Source of the DNA: Octopus bimaculoides | Taxonomy: Eukaryota | Direction of reading: 5' to 3' | Assembly (NCBI RefSeq): GCF_001194135.2 | Contig: NC_068984.1 | Span: forward strand, 62,702,458-62,751,117 | Length of the DNA: 48,660 nt | In this document: positions 13,461 through 25,050 of the stretch, piece by piece | Layout: every line of letters begins with the position of its first letter | Position numbering within the stretch: position 1 is the stretch's first letter | Translations under genes and position numbers: made by a program | Notes under the pieces: model-generated | What the model was told of the DNA's origin: nothing | Databases searched by the model: none | What the model saw: only the letters and a program-made list of their open reading frames with translations

Positions 13461-13742
13461 TATTTACATGATATTATTAGCTGCAATTATGGTCTTCGAG
13501 ATTCAATTCCAAAACACGAATTATTTCGCGTTCTCACGAAAGTTTATAAATTCTTATTATGTCAGTGTCAGTGTTTATACATGTGCATGCACGTATATAT
13601 TATCATGTTTTATGATTGTTGTTGACGTCTATCAGTTACCATTAACTAATAATTCATTGTTTTGACTGGTACATAATTCTTTTATAAATAATTGCTGTCA
13701 TCTGTAATTTTACTTGATTAACCAAGCCAAATATACGTATTC

Positions 13743-14679
13743 GGGTTTGTACCGAAAGAGTGGCATTTCGAAAGAGTGACATAGCAAAAGAGTGACAAGC
13801 CTAAATAAATATTCAAAAGAGTGACAAGCCTAAATAAATATCCAAAAGAGTGATATAACAAAGGAGTGACAAATCTAAATAAAAAAAATATTTACTGTTG
13901 TTTAAGTAGTTTTCCTATTTGGGAACGGTTCAAATTTTAAATAGTTTCAATGGTAATTGACTTCATGGTTCAGTAATGATATTATGCATACAATCATTGA
14001 CTTAACCGTCACTTAACCGTAACCATTAAAATAAAAGTGCTAGAATATTTTTAGGAAAATAGGTCAGTTGACTGTAGCATACAATTTCTCAAAAATAAAC
14101 AATGGTGTTGAGGCTTGGCACAGGATACCATATGGGAGTGTACTCGATGATTAAGGAGTTCATAAAAGAAGATCGTCTCACAGATAAAGAGGCACAGCGT
14201 TTAATTTCAGTGAATAATTCAAGGAAAAAGAAGAGAGAACAAATTCAAAGACAAAATAGGCTTGCAACAGTTTAAGTAGAGAGCGAGCTGTCTCTTTAAA
14301 TGAATATATCAGAGGAATTGTTCACGATTTTCATTTTGATTCATGGAACAGGCATCATAATGAAGATGAAGTTAATGACTGTTAAAAATAATGTTTTTTA
14401 AGCTATTCTATGTTTACGTATTATTCAATTGTACATTTGTTTTAAAAATAAAGGATTTAAGTATTATTAGATGATATTCTTTAGTCCTTATTTATACATA
14501 TGTGTGTAAGTCTTTTTATCAAACAGAATACAAATACACAGGGCCCTAACTTGGGATTGACACATAAACATAAAAGCAAAAATAAAAAAAATGCAGTACC
14601 TTCCACTTCGCGGGATGTAATAATAACTTAAATCTTGTTGTGTCACTTTTCTGATATGTCACTCTTTTGAAGGGATCCC
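13743..14679 (+). mobile_element. Mutator-like (MULE) non-autonomous deletion derivative
   Basis: GGG...CCC termini. Repeated AAAAGAGTGACA units at 13755-13875 and inverted TGTCACTCTTTT at 14641-14668. Imperfect 8-bp TSD acgtattc (13735-13742) / gcgcattc (14680-14687). Internal relic INNGVEAWHR...FIKEDRLTDK...QNRLATV...LNEYIRGIVHDF matches a MULE transposase C-terminus. Confidence 0.8.
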
Positions 14680-16858
14680 GCGCATTCATATACATATTTA
14701 TATATGCATATATGTAATCCTAGGAAATTTGTATTGGACTCTTGCGTGGGTTGGATTGTTCGACAGGATTCGACGTGTCGGATGTCTGAGATGTGCTCCG
14801 GTGTCAATTTTGCCACCTTTTCTAATGCCGGATATTCTTCCTAATAGCAAATATTTTATTGAATATACTGGGTTCTTTTTTTGTTGGCACTATTACTAGT
14901 GAAATCCCCTGGCAACCTGCAAGTCGAAATACAATTCATGTATAAACACCAAGAGACATAATGAATTCGGATTTGGTATGATCTCTATGGGTTGATGCTC
15001 TTAATCGTTGCGCTATTCCCAAATATTCACATTACAAGCTCATTTTTTAAAAATATACTTCATTTTACTCTGATGTGAGAACATTGACCTCTGTAGATAA
15101 GAAGACTGCTATAAAAAATACAGTTAACCATCGTATGGCATTACAAATTCTCCCTCACTTGCTTTCACTCGCTAATCTTGTGCCGCAGAAGTGCAACGGA
15201 TTAATGATTGAACGAACACAATGACAACTTTATGAGTAATATATGCCAACATCTAAACCAGAGGCTTTTGTTAGTTAAACGTAAATACAAAAGTGAGTGA
15301 ACCATAAAATAACTCTCTTTCCTCTCTCAATGTCTGCATTGTCATATCATCTGCTTCTCTAGAACTTCATTATATTTTGGAAGCAAGGAGTAATTTAAAC
15401 AAAACTTTATACAAAATCTTTCACTTTCATAAACTATTAGTTTTATAATTTTCATCTCTTAATAAGAATGGTCTTAATTTATCACAATTAAAAAGAATAA
15501 ATATTTGCTTGCAAATTTTGCCAAAATTTAGATTTCATACAATAAATTAAATGCTATATGAGACAACTGGAATCAATAATAGCTTGATTGATAGAAGTTA
15601 ATTTATTTTAGAAGAAACACTCATGAACCAAGTGGATTTAAGCCAAACATAAAAGAAATTTGTTTTAACCAACGTTTTTGTTTTAATTTTAATTTTAAGT
15701 ATACAAACGTCATTTTCCGCTTAAAATTATTATACATAACAAATAATAATACCACTTGCTAAATGTTTAAGAATCTCACTTTACAATCAAGCGTTTCTGG
15801 ATTTCATACTTCTGTGCAACATCTTAAATGTCTTCTGCAACATATTTAAGGTGACTAATGTATTTTTGAATAGAAGTTAAGACAAGTAAATTGTGAGGAA
15901 TGTAAAATACAGAATGAAACTATATTTTGTAAATATAATTAATGATATAATGTAATAAGCTTGAAAACAGAACGCCAGAATAATTGGCCTAGCATAGAAT
16001 TATTTCCTTTATATTTAAGGTTCAAAACTTTCTGCAATAAACTTTGACTGTCTACGTGCCTAGGGTCAACAATATAAATACTAGCCCAATTCTATGATTC
16101 ATTCAAATTTTCATTGTACAGTGGTTGATTCCAAATTTAATATATGTTATATATATTTACAATATCTAACTGTAAATGGCCGAACCGATATCCCATCAAG
16201 TTAAACACTCAAAACTATAATAGTTATATATTTCCGAATAGCATATGACTTTGTTTCTGCGTGATATATGTGTGTAAATAACACATGGCACACGATCCAT
16301 CAGCTGGATAGCTAAAGCTTTATATCTTCAAATGCAACAGTTCATATACACTCAAAGAATAGTACAGCCTGTTGTAAACATAATTCAAATTTTGGAACTT
16401 GCCGCAAAATAGCCTCTGGCCCGTAACTTCTCCCAGAAAGCACGCAACAAATTCCAATACGTAGGATTTTAATCACGTATCAAGAGCAAGCCTTATAGTA
16501 GATTGGTTACATAGAATAAATTATGGATGTATGTATTCATTGAATAAGTATGTATGTATATATCCCCTGCTGTTAGGAATGAGTACTTAAACTTCATAAA
16601 GTAATTATTTACAGCCAATACTACGAGGTAAATGACTAACAAACCCGGCAGGACAGTAAACCCTCAATTCGATTAGAAGTTAAAATCATTAAGATATTAA
16701 ACATGCGGACAAACATTTATTTAAAACAAAAGGAATCAAGTAATTTAACTAAACACGATGAAAGAATACTAAAGCAAAGAATACAGAACAACCCCTTCGT
16801 AGCAAAACAGAGCATAAAAGCAACAAAACAGAACTAAACAACACAAAGCATAACACTG

Positions 16859-16859
<1 letters not shown>

Positions 16860-16908
<49 letters not shown>

Positions 16909-16918
16909 NNNNNNNNNN

Positions 16919-16964
<46 letters not shown>

Positions 16965-17006
16965 CGGCGGAGGAGGAGAAGACGAAGAAGAAGAAGGAGG
17001 AGGAGG
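16860..17006. repeat. (GAT)n / (GAR)n microsatellite containing a 10-N gap
   Basis: Read directly from the sequence. Confidence 0.97.
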
Positions 17007-17007
17007 A

Positions 17008-17215
17008 TACTTTTTCTCCGACAGCTACAAGGCTTGAAATTAAAAAGAGTGGATAGTCGATTACATCAACACCAGTGCTCAAATGGAACTTATTTAATCG
17101 ACCCCGAGAGGATGAAAGGCAAAGTCGATCTCGGTTGCATTTGATCTTAGAACATAAAGACAGACGAAATGTCGCTAAGAAAACGTTTCGTCTGGCGCAA
17201 GTCTCAGAGTTTTGG
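17008..17215 (+). mobile_element. Short SINE-like interspersed repeat (tcgacccc..ggatgaaaggcaaagtcga core), degenerate
   Basis: Shares atcgacccc-gagaggatgaaaggcaaagtcgatctcgg with 41335-41530 (aggaggaaaggcaaagtcaatcttggcgg). Both copies adjoin triplet microsatellites. Confidence 0.6.
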
Positions 17216-17232
17216 GAAGCGGGGATTAGTCC

Positions 17233-17302
17233 ATTTCATCGATCCCAGTACTCGACAGGCAAATTTCATCGATTCCAGTACTCGGAAACCAAATTTCATC
17301 GA
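17233..17302. repeat. 30-bp period minisatellite, about 2.3 units, derived from the SINE core
   Basis: atttcatcga(t)(c/t)ccagtactcg repeated at 17233, 17263 and partially at 17293. Confidence 0.85.
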
Positions 17303-18293
17303 AGTCGAATGTGAAGAATGGGAGTAGCGAATCCGAAATTTAAACCAAGAGTATCATATACAAACAAGGTTATGAAAAGAGCAAATTGTTCAGATAGTCT
17401 TTGACTTTACTTCCCAATCTAGATCGTCCATGCAGGGTACAACGTTTTAGTGTACATGAGTGACTGGTCAAACTTGAGGCAATTCTATAAAGCTTTTCTC
17501 GCGGCATCAACCTACTATCACTTGCCGTATTGCGTTTGCATGATGCCTTCTATACTCAGAATCTGTTCTGACAATTATAAGATAAAAATCTGGGTAATCA
17601 AATGTGGGAAATTCTTTAACCGATTTGCATGGAATTTAAACTCAAATATCCTCAGGCTTTCCAATCGCTAACATGCACTTATGTGCTGGATAATCGCTAT
17701 TATTTTCTTGAAACCTAAAGAACTCAGTATACTCTGCGAATACTTAGGCTGTAAGAGACAACGAGTCGGCAAATGCCATGTTGGATGCTATTTGCATCGT
17801 AGCAGCCTTTGTGTTCAACGAAGTTGTCTGTACGTAATTTGACATGAGGTGATTAAAAGGTGCGAGTTACTCATAGTGATCTCAGGGTATCACTGATACG
17901 TACTTCCAGAGTAACTTGCTCTGATGACAACCACATGCAATTGCAGCTATCTTGAGATATTAAGCAACTGACTTTGCTTGTAAGCAGACCTGTGAGCAAT
18001 TCATTATTACCGAGACAATTACTGCAGAAAACGCCATTTCATGCTTGCACGTTAAAAATGAACTACACGCGCTAATTCTCCTTTCGATGCCTTTACTTTT
18101 AGTTTTCCAACTTTTCTGGGAAGAATCTCATAAATGACATATGCTGAAACATCAATGCAAGCTTACTCTCTGCTATGAACGCTCAACAATAAAATATTGT
18201 GTTTATATCAAGTGTTCTGTGTCCATGCAATGACATATATTGAAAGTTAAATCAATGGAATGGAACATGCGCAACTCTATACTGATGACTATA

Positions 18294-18304
18294 TACGTAT
18301 GTAC

Positions 18305-18358
<54 letters not shown>

Positions 18359-18424
18359 GTGCATACACACANNNNNNNNNNNNNNNNNNNNNNNNNNNNN
18401 NNNNNNNNNNNNNNNNNNNNNNNN

Positions 18425-18456
<32 letters not shown>
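18294..18456. repeat. (TA)n/(TG)n microsatellite around an N gap
   Basis: Read directly from the sequence. Confidence 0.95.
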
Positions 18457-18459
<3 letters not shown>

Positions 18460-18663
18460 GTTATTAAGGGTATTGGAGTCAACCAAACCCTAAAGATACA
18501 GGTAATACCGAGTAAGTGCTGTATACCGACTAGTTTTGCCCCTCTCGTTGTAGCAACATGAGTGGGGAATATTACATAGGTCGTGTATTAGCGTGTGTAT
18601 GTATAAAGAAAGAAAAAAGATAAAGAGACCAATGGCAAAATTAGAATTATATTTTATGTATAA

Positions 18664-18714
18664 CGTCTTACAGCTGTCTCAGCGAAAATCCAATGTATCC
18701 CTTCATCGGAGACA
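18664..18714 (-). ncRNA. Degenerate minimal type I hammerhead ribozyme, left arm copy
   Basis: Reverse complement reads tgtct CCGATGA agggatacattggattttcgct GAGA cagctg TA agacg. Stem I and the palindromic stem III are intact; the core has substitutions. Confidence 0.55.
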
Positions 18715-19047
18715 GTAATAGTAGAAGAATGGATTATTACATCTATAAGAGGAGAATTGTAGTAAGAAGAGAGAGTGATGCGCAGAAGAAAGAACAAAGA
18801 AGAAACAGTACTTGGAGTATAGTTCTATTCCTGCAGTAAACATCGATGTAAACAATCCTTGTGGGTATTTTCCGGAGATAAAAATATTTCCGGAAAATAC
18901 CCACAAGGATTCTTTACATGGATATTTACTGCAGGAATGGAACTATACTCCAATTACTGTTTCTTCTTTGTTCTTTCTTCTGCGCATCGCCCTCTCTTCT
19001 TACTACAAATCTCCTCTTATAGATGTAATATTCAATTCTACTATTAC

Positions 19048-19097
19048 CGTCTCTGATGAAGGGATACATTGGATTTTACCTGCAATTGCTGTAAGAC
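19048..19097 (+). ncRNA. Degenerate minimal type I hammerhead ribozyme, right arm copy
   Basis: cgtct CTGATGA agggatacattggattttacct GCAA ttgctg TA agac. The CUGAUGA box and stem I are intact; GAAA and stem III are damaged. Confidence 0.55.
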
Positions 19098-19199
19098 TTC
19101 ATACATAAAATATAATTCTAACTTTGCCGTTGGTCGTTGGTCTCTTTATCTTTTTCTTTCTTTGTACATATATATATATATACACTGTTGTATCTGGGA

Positions 19200-21640
19200 C
19201 GAGTCATTCTCGTTTAGTGCCTTATAATTTAACACTCACATATTTCCAAGCTATGGGTTTCATGTAACAGGAGTGGGGGAGCTGCACTCTGTTGATCACA
19301 GTCTCTAACCTAAGACCAGTATCATGGACGGGAAGTCTATTGATGGGGTTCCTAGTGGGGTAATCTATAGTCACCTTGATATTTTGGTGGATGGTGTTAG
19401 CTACTTGCTGGATGTACTCCATTATGTTCCTCTCAGTTTCTACATTGCCGTTACTTGAATTGTTCTTAACTAGGATATTAATGTCATCTACATACCTACT
19501 GTAAAGTAAAAGAGCTGTGGTCTGTTCTGCTAAGGATTGCTTAAGTTTTCTGTCCCACCAGGTCAAGATGAGGCCGGCCACATTTCCAGCTATACCGACA
19601 CCAATGGCTGCACCTTGAACTTGCATGTATAGTTTCTTGTTAAACTTCACTCTGTGGTTCTTCAATGTGGTTTTTACGCTAGACTTTATTGCATGTTCAA
19701 CCTTTCCTTTCACCTGATTGTTGCTCTCAGGGTCTTGGTTGGGTACGGTCCAGACACTCCAGCGCACTACAGTGCTATTCTTCAATTCTGAGTCGATGGA
19801 GGGTGGTATTCCCCGCTATGACCTAGTGATGCAGAATATACTGAGGTCATGGTCATCGAAATAGTCACTATCGTAGCATAGTCTAAGGAGGAGGCCCAGT
19901 TCCTTTATCTTGATTTCACAGAACTCTACTAAACTCACACAGATTATCTCAATGTATTTCTTCACAGCAAAATCTATATCTATAGAAGGATAGAGTGAAA
20001 TAATATCCATACTACCCACTGTACAAACTGAGGTCGTTGGAGTGGTTGCAAGTACTTATTTTACTGAAATGTCCGTGCTCACACAGACATCTGGGCCATT
20101 TCTATTAGAGGTCGTAATACCTGTGAGAGGAAGTAGGACAGTCTATAATTGGTGGATATATTCTCTCAGCAAAATGGTCGGTGGAGGTTCGCATGTCAGG
20201 GTTTATGTAGGGTTTGTGGTCTTTGCGTAATCCGGATAGTGTCGGAACATCATTGTTGGATTCTTGGAAATTGTGTAAAGTCCGTTTCTTAGGTTGGAGT
20301 GCGTTGCACCACATTGCCATGCGTGCATTGAGAAGTTTTTCCACACTTCCATGTTCATGTTCTTGTGGTGCAACTCCTCTTATGCTACTGATGAGTTTTT
20401 GCATTGTCTGGACATATTTCTGTGGACAGTCTATTGACAGTCTGCCAGACTTGTTCGTAGAAAAACACACTAATTCCCTGTTCCTAATACGCTGTTTCAG
20501 TTTTTGTGGGCCTGTGACAACAGATGAACTGAGTTGTTGGGTCCCCTCCTCATTATGTTTCTTAGTGGATTTGTTGTACCGGTATAAGATGGGTCGGAGT
20601 CTATTTCTAGCTAAGGTGATCTTTGCTTCTTTTCCACTGTCAATTTGGGGTGGGATACATACCCTTTTGTTGAAGGGTAATTCTGTCGGGTAGATACGCG
20701 TCATGTCATAAGATTTGTTGTTAGGGTAATAGAAGACAGAGTGTAGAGTGTTATTATCGCTGTGGTTGTTGTTATAGTTGCTGGAATAGTTGTTGCTATG
20801 GGTGGTGGTCGTCGTCTTCGTGGTAGTGCTTGTGTTGTGGTCATTGCTGTTTTTGTTATTCTTTTGGGTTGTCTTGGTGTTGATGCGGGTGGTGTTGTTG
20901 CAAGTGGTGTGGATGATGTGGTTGGTATTATTGTCTGTGTGTAGGATGTTGTTGTCATTGTTGCTGTTGCTATTATCATCGTTATTGTTATTATAATACT
21001 TGTTTCAGTTTCGTATGCTTGTGTTGTTCTTGTTATAGTTGTTGTTACTATTGCCACAATTGTTGTCGTCATCAACATCGCTATTGTTATTGTTGTTGTT
21101 ATTGTACTGTCCTAACCTCCATCTTAATTTTAAGAACGTTTTTTTCAACTTCAGATAGACAATCAATTTTTCTGAAATTGAAATATATAGCGAATTTTGA
21201 TGGTAAGTATAAAGCATGCATTTCAACTGTATCTAGCTGTACTGCACAGTACATTCCAGAAGTGTAATTGTTGTTGCTGTTTCATCTACTTGAGTTTATT
21301 GTTGAAGTATTTGTTACAGGTATGATTTACTTGACGGTATCATTGTTGGATGTTTGTCGTGAATCTGTTTCTTTCGTGTTGTGTAGTATTTTTTTTTTAG
21401 TTCATGCAGCAGGATGCTCTTCCGTTTCTGGTACTGGTTGATTTCTGTGTATATTTTCGTTTTCATGTTTTGTAACATCGTGTGTTTTAGTTTTCCTGCT
21501 TGATGTTTTGTGAGTCCTAGCCGCTTGACAATCGAATTGACAGATTTCGTGTATAGCTTGGAGGAGATGCATGTTTAATGAAGTGGAGCTGTCGGGTGCC
21601 TGTTTTGATTTTTAGACAGATACTGTGAACAACAGAGTGC
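19200..21640 (-). mobile_element. Penelope-like element (PLE) with a reverse transcriptase pseudogene; C-terminal endonuclease missing
   Basis: Minus-strand motifs in order: QLHFI..TCISSKLY; LPSKFAIYFNFRKIDCLSEVEK/TFLKLRW; YDMTRIYPTELPFNKRVCIPP; KLKQRIRNRELVCFSTNKSG; PTLSGLRKDHK; RPFC..NYRLSYFLSQVL; SMDIISLYPSI; YMQVQGAAIG..LTWWD; YSRYVDDINIL; LPVHD..YMKP. Several frameshifts. Confidence 0.9.
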
Positions 21641-21670
21641 AGCTTCTCCAGTCCTATTACTATATATCTA

Positions 21671-22165
21671 CCTGTCTCTGTCTCTCTCTTTTGCTCTTGT
21701 GGGTTCGAGGTCGTTGTGAATTCTTGAGAGAAGAAGAAGAAGAAGAAGAAGAAGAAGAAGAAGAAGAAGAAGAAGAAGAAGAATGGTGGTGTAGTATTAT
21801 AGTAGTAGTATGTAAAATGGTCAAGTGCCCTGAAAGTGACTTGTTGTGGATGGTAGTAGTGATTGAATTCTTGAGGCGTCTCTTTTGAATGTATTATTTT
21901 TAAAACAGATACCTCAATAATTCAATCACTACTACTATCCACAAGAAGTCACTTCAGGGCACTTGACCATTTAAAATCCTTCTACTATCATACCAATCCC
22001 GCATTCTTTTCTTCTTCTTCTTCTTCTTCTTCTTCTTCTTCTTCTTCTTCTTCTTCTTCTTCTTCTTCTTCTTCTTCTTCTTCTTCTTCTTCTTCTTCTT
22101 CTTCTCTCCCAAGAATTCACAACGACCTCGAACCCACAAGAGTATAAAAGAGAGACAGACATAGG
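21671..22165. repeat. ~500-bp imperfect fold-back palindrome; each arm contains a (GAA)n/(TTC)n tract
   Basis: ctcttgtgggttcgaggtcgttgtgaattcttg-(gaa)n-atggtcaagtgccctgaaagtgactt is mirrored by aagtcacttcagggcacttgaccat-(ttc)n-caagaattcacaacgacctcgaacccacaagag. Spacer ~21886-21901. Confidence 0.95.
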
Positions 22166-22284
22166 CAGAAACAAGGAAAATGCCCCTTGTATTTGAATAC
22201 TATGCAAATATTCTTCTTGTTTTTTAATTTCCGTTTAATTTTTCAAAAATTTAATTATGTTCCATACTTAGATTTGAAAAAGTC

Positions 22285-22315
<31 letters not shown>

Positions 22316-22949
22316 CGTTAATGCCGAACAATGAGAATGAGAGCTCTGCATCGCGTTGGTGGATAAAGATTCCTTATTTGTGTATTGAGGCTACTATGAG
22401 TTTCCTGCGGAAGACATGTTTTAATATCTTAAGAATACTTAAAGCTGACATTTGATCGACCAACTCCCAGTCTTTATTCTTGATAAGTACAACTGATCAA
22501 TGCTACTCTTGGGATGGAATGCACTGTGCAATATCAATAATTTCTGTCTTCCTACTTTTATTATTATCATCATCATCATCGTCATCATCATCATCATCGT
22601 CATCATCATTTTCCTTCTTTCAAGTGTCTTTCCATTTCTTACCGAGTGACTTCTTTCAGACACTTAAGTAAAGAAACTCAACGTATACATTGGAAGGCCA
22701 TTAAAATAAATACACCAGATTGTTCATTTCCAAAGTTATGTTTTGTGAAAGAAAAACGAGGTAAGGTGGGGAGAAAAAAAGGAAAAACGCAACATAGAAA
22801 AACTAAAAAATATAAACAAAGAAATATTGAGAGGAAAGGAAAGAAAATTGACAATATGTGTGACGGACCAAACAATCTTTTGCATTTTTACATGAATGAT
22901 AAGTCAGGGATCATACACAAATACTTTTCATTCCTTGATTATTATTATT

Positions 22950-23635
22950 GTTGCTGTTGTTACTCTCATTTTGGTTTGGCTCAGGTTCGGTCTTATTCCT
23001 GGTAGGTATTATGTGGATAGCGGTTTAGTACCATTAACCTTAGGTATCCACAAGTTTTCAGTAGTCTTTCAAGTACTTAGAACCCTCCTCATAATCCTTG
23101 CTTCCCCAAGAGACAAACTTTCTGTTGAGGCTCTACCCAGCATTATATCCCAATCTCATTCAGACATTTGTCTAAAACTTTGCTTACTGTTCCCATGCAC
23201 CAATTGCTCGTGCGCTTCTTTCAAATTTGAAGGGATTGTATTTTCTTTCTTCTTTCAAATATGTTATTTCAAATTTGAAGGGATTGTATTTTCTTTGTTT
23301 TTCGTCCTCTTTCTTTACGATCCACCAATCAAATGGACATGATGGGTCGTTCAATAAGCAACTTCGTTCTCCCTTATCTATAATTGTTATATCTAGTCTA
23401 TTATTTTTTAACTCCTTGTCTATTTGAATAGGAAAGTCCCACAAAATCTTACATTTCTCCAACTCCAGTACTCTTCCGACTCAACGATTTTGCCAAGTGT
23501 TTCCAGCATCAAATCTTCATTTCCGATAGTTTTCAGTGTAAAACAGTTACAACCTGGTCATTCCTTGGATTTCTATCAAAATTCTATCAAAATTCTATCA
23601 AAATTTGTGCCAGTGTCTCGTTCCAAGTTCTACTA
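22950..23635 (-). mobile_element. R4/Dong LINE 3' fragment (restriction-like endonuclease domain plus 3' UTR), 5'-truncated
   Basis: WNETL...MEKCKILWDFPIQIDKELKNNRLDITIIDK..CLLNDPSCPFD..KEDEKQRKY and LGEARIMRRVLST*. Ends in an (AAC/AAT) tail on the minus strand; the 5' side abuts (TTA)n at 23636-23676. Confidence 0.85.
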
Positions 23636-23638
23636 TTA

Positions 23639-23676
<38 letters not shown>

Positions 23677-24161
23677 GAGTGAGAGAGCAGTGCATGCCAT
23701 CAAAGTGACACTGGGGTAAAATATACGAAGCCCATTATACCCATCATGACTACCCGTCTGATAAGGGTACACCAGGTACATGCATCACAACCATATGTGC
23801 GCCACATGGTGATCTCATATCAAGATAAACAGCGCATGACCTCACAGGTGGGGCCCAGTTAGAATTTTATTCAGGTTGAGTAGCCCATCCCGCTAAAAAA
23901 GCCCCTGAATAAGGTTTGTTTAAAGATGTTGAGCAAAACACCCATGTTTCCAAAGGTGAATTATTCAAACTCCAAAGAATTTCTCTCAATACATGGCTAT
24001 GATGCTACCCCACTACTTCTGCTCATGATCAGAGATGCACATATCATCAGCCATCAAAGGACATGCTCAACTGGTTAAGGTCAAACAACTGACAAGCAAA
24101 TCTGTGGTATTGAGTACAATATTTGCTGTAGCTCATGTTTTACACTAAGACAAAACAATGT
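23677..24161 (-). mobile_element. Non-autonomous AAT-tailed element sharing the Dong 5' UTR
   Basis: 23968-24161 aligns with 736-930 (roughly 80% by eye). The remainder has no ORF and ends ...gcatgcactgctctctcactc-(aat)n on the minus strand. Confidence 0.75.
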
Positions 24162-24837
24162 CTACTAAATGTTGTTAAACCTTAATATATATAATTGATA
24201 TTTTTTGCGGAGGTGTCAAAATACAGCGCTCAAACGCTATCAGTTGTATATTGCTTGGGTTCCTTTTGCTCTCAACTAGTAGAAATCTACTATATGGATT
24301 GCCTTCAATTCCTGCTTCTGATATATTCTATTTCCAACCGTTATATTTTAGTCAGGTAACTATTGTCAATTTATCTGATAACTAACCGACATATAATTTT
24401 ACCTGTAATTTCTAGATATGCCAAGCAATGTTTTCCCATTGGAGTATAAAAAAATCAATGTTAGTTTTTCATGAAGTTTGATTCTCGAAAAACATCCTAA
24501 ACTCATACTTTTCTCTTTTTCTGTTCAAATTTAATATCGGCTAATGTCTGAGGAGAGCCTTTAGTATTTGGATACAAATCTATTAACTTACTAAACTGTT
24601 CAACGTTGTCTTTATTCAGACCACTTCTCCAGCACACCCTTTTTCTAACCGGGCTTATTGTTCGTTTTATCAGTATCTGCTAACATACAAGAAATAAATA
24701 TTCAGTTACTTTCCCTGGGGGAAAATTTTACATTGAAGATTTTAGCAAAGATTTGTTCTATACAAGTAGGAAACAATTTCATCCGTCACGCTTTTCTTGA
24801 GCCACAACTATATAGGAATTGCCTTCAATTCTTGCTT

Positions 24838-24840
<3 letters not shown>

Positions 24841-24912
<72 letters not shown>

Positions 24913-25050
24913 ACACATACACACAAACACACACAGGCACACATATACAGACATACACACACGCGCACACAACTACACTCACGCATACATAGACGCCCCA
25001 CACAATAATGTATATGTGTGTGTGAGTGTGTGTGCATATATGTACATGCA
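24841..25050. repeat. Compound (CA)n/(TG)n microsatellite
   Basis: Read directly from the sequence. Confidence 0.95.

Larger units (their letters stand above)
18598..19170. repeat. 573-bp fold-back palindrome with ~283-bp arms and a 4-nt loop at 18881-18884
   Basis: Left arm ...gtgggtattttccggagata, loop aaaa, right arm tatttccggaaaatacccac.... The reverse-complement match continues out to aaagaaagaaaaaagataaagagacc / ggtctctttatctttttctttcttt, roughly 10% diverged by eye. Flanked by TA/TG repeats. Confidence 0.95.

Noticed and set aside
13755-13875. Short repeats with spacers, superficially CRISPR-like
   Set aside because: Spacers are short, unequal and partly identical; the array is the end of a MULE with inverted counterparts at 14641-14668; eukaryotic context with no cas genes.
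17863-17920. Hairpin gcgagttactc..gagtaacttgc followed by TGATGA
   Set aside because: The large asymmetric bulge is unlike a pre-miRNA, and there is no properly placed box D or terminal stem for a snoRNA.
20150-20185. TGA in RPFC*ENIST of the PLE as possible selenocysteine
   Set aside because: It falls at the usual Gly of RPxCG (GGA to TGA), next to frameshifts, so it is simple decay.
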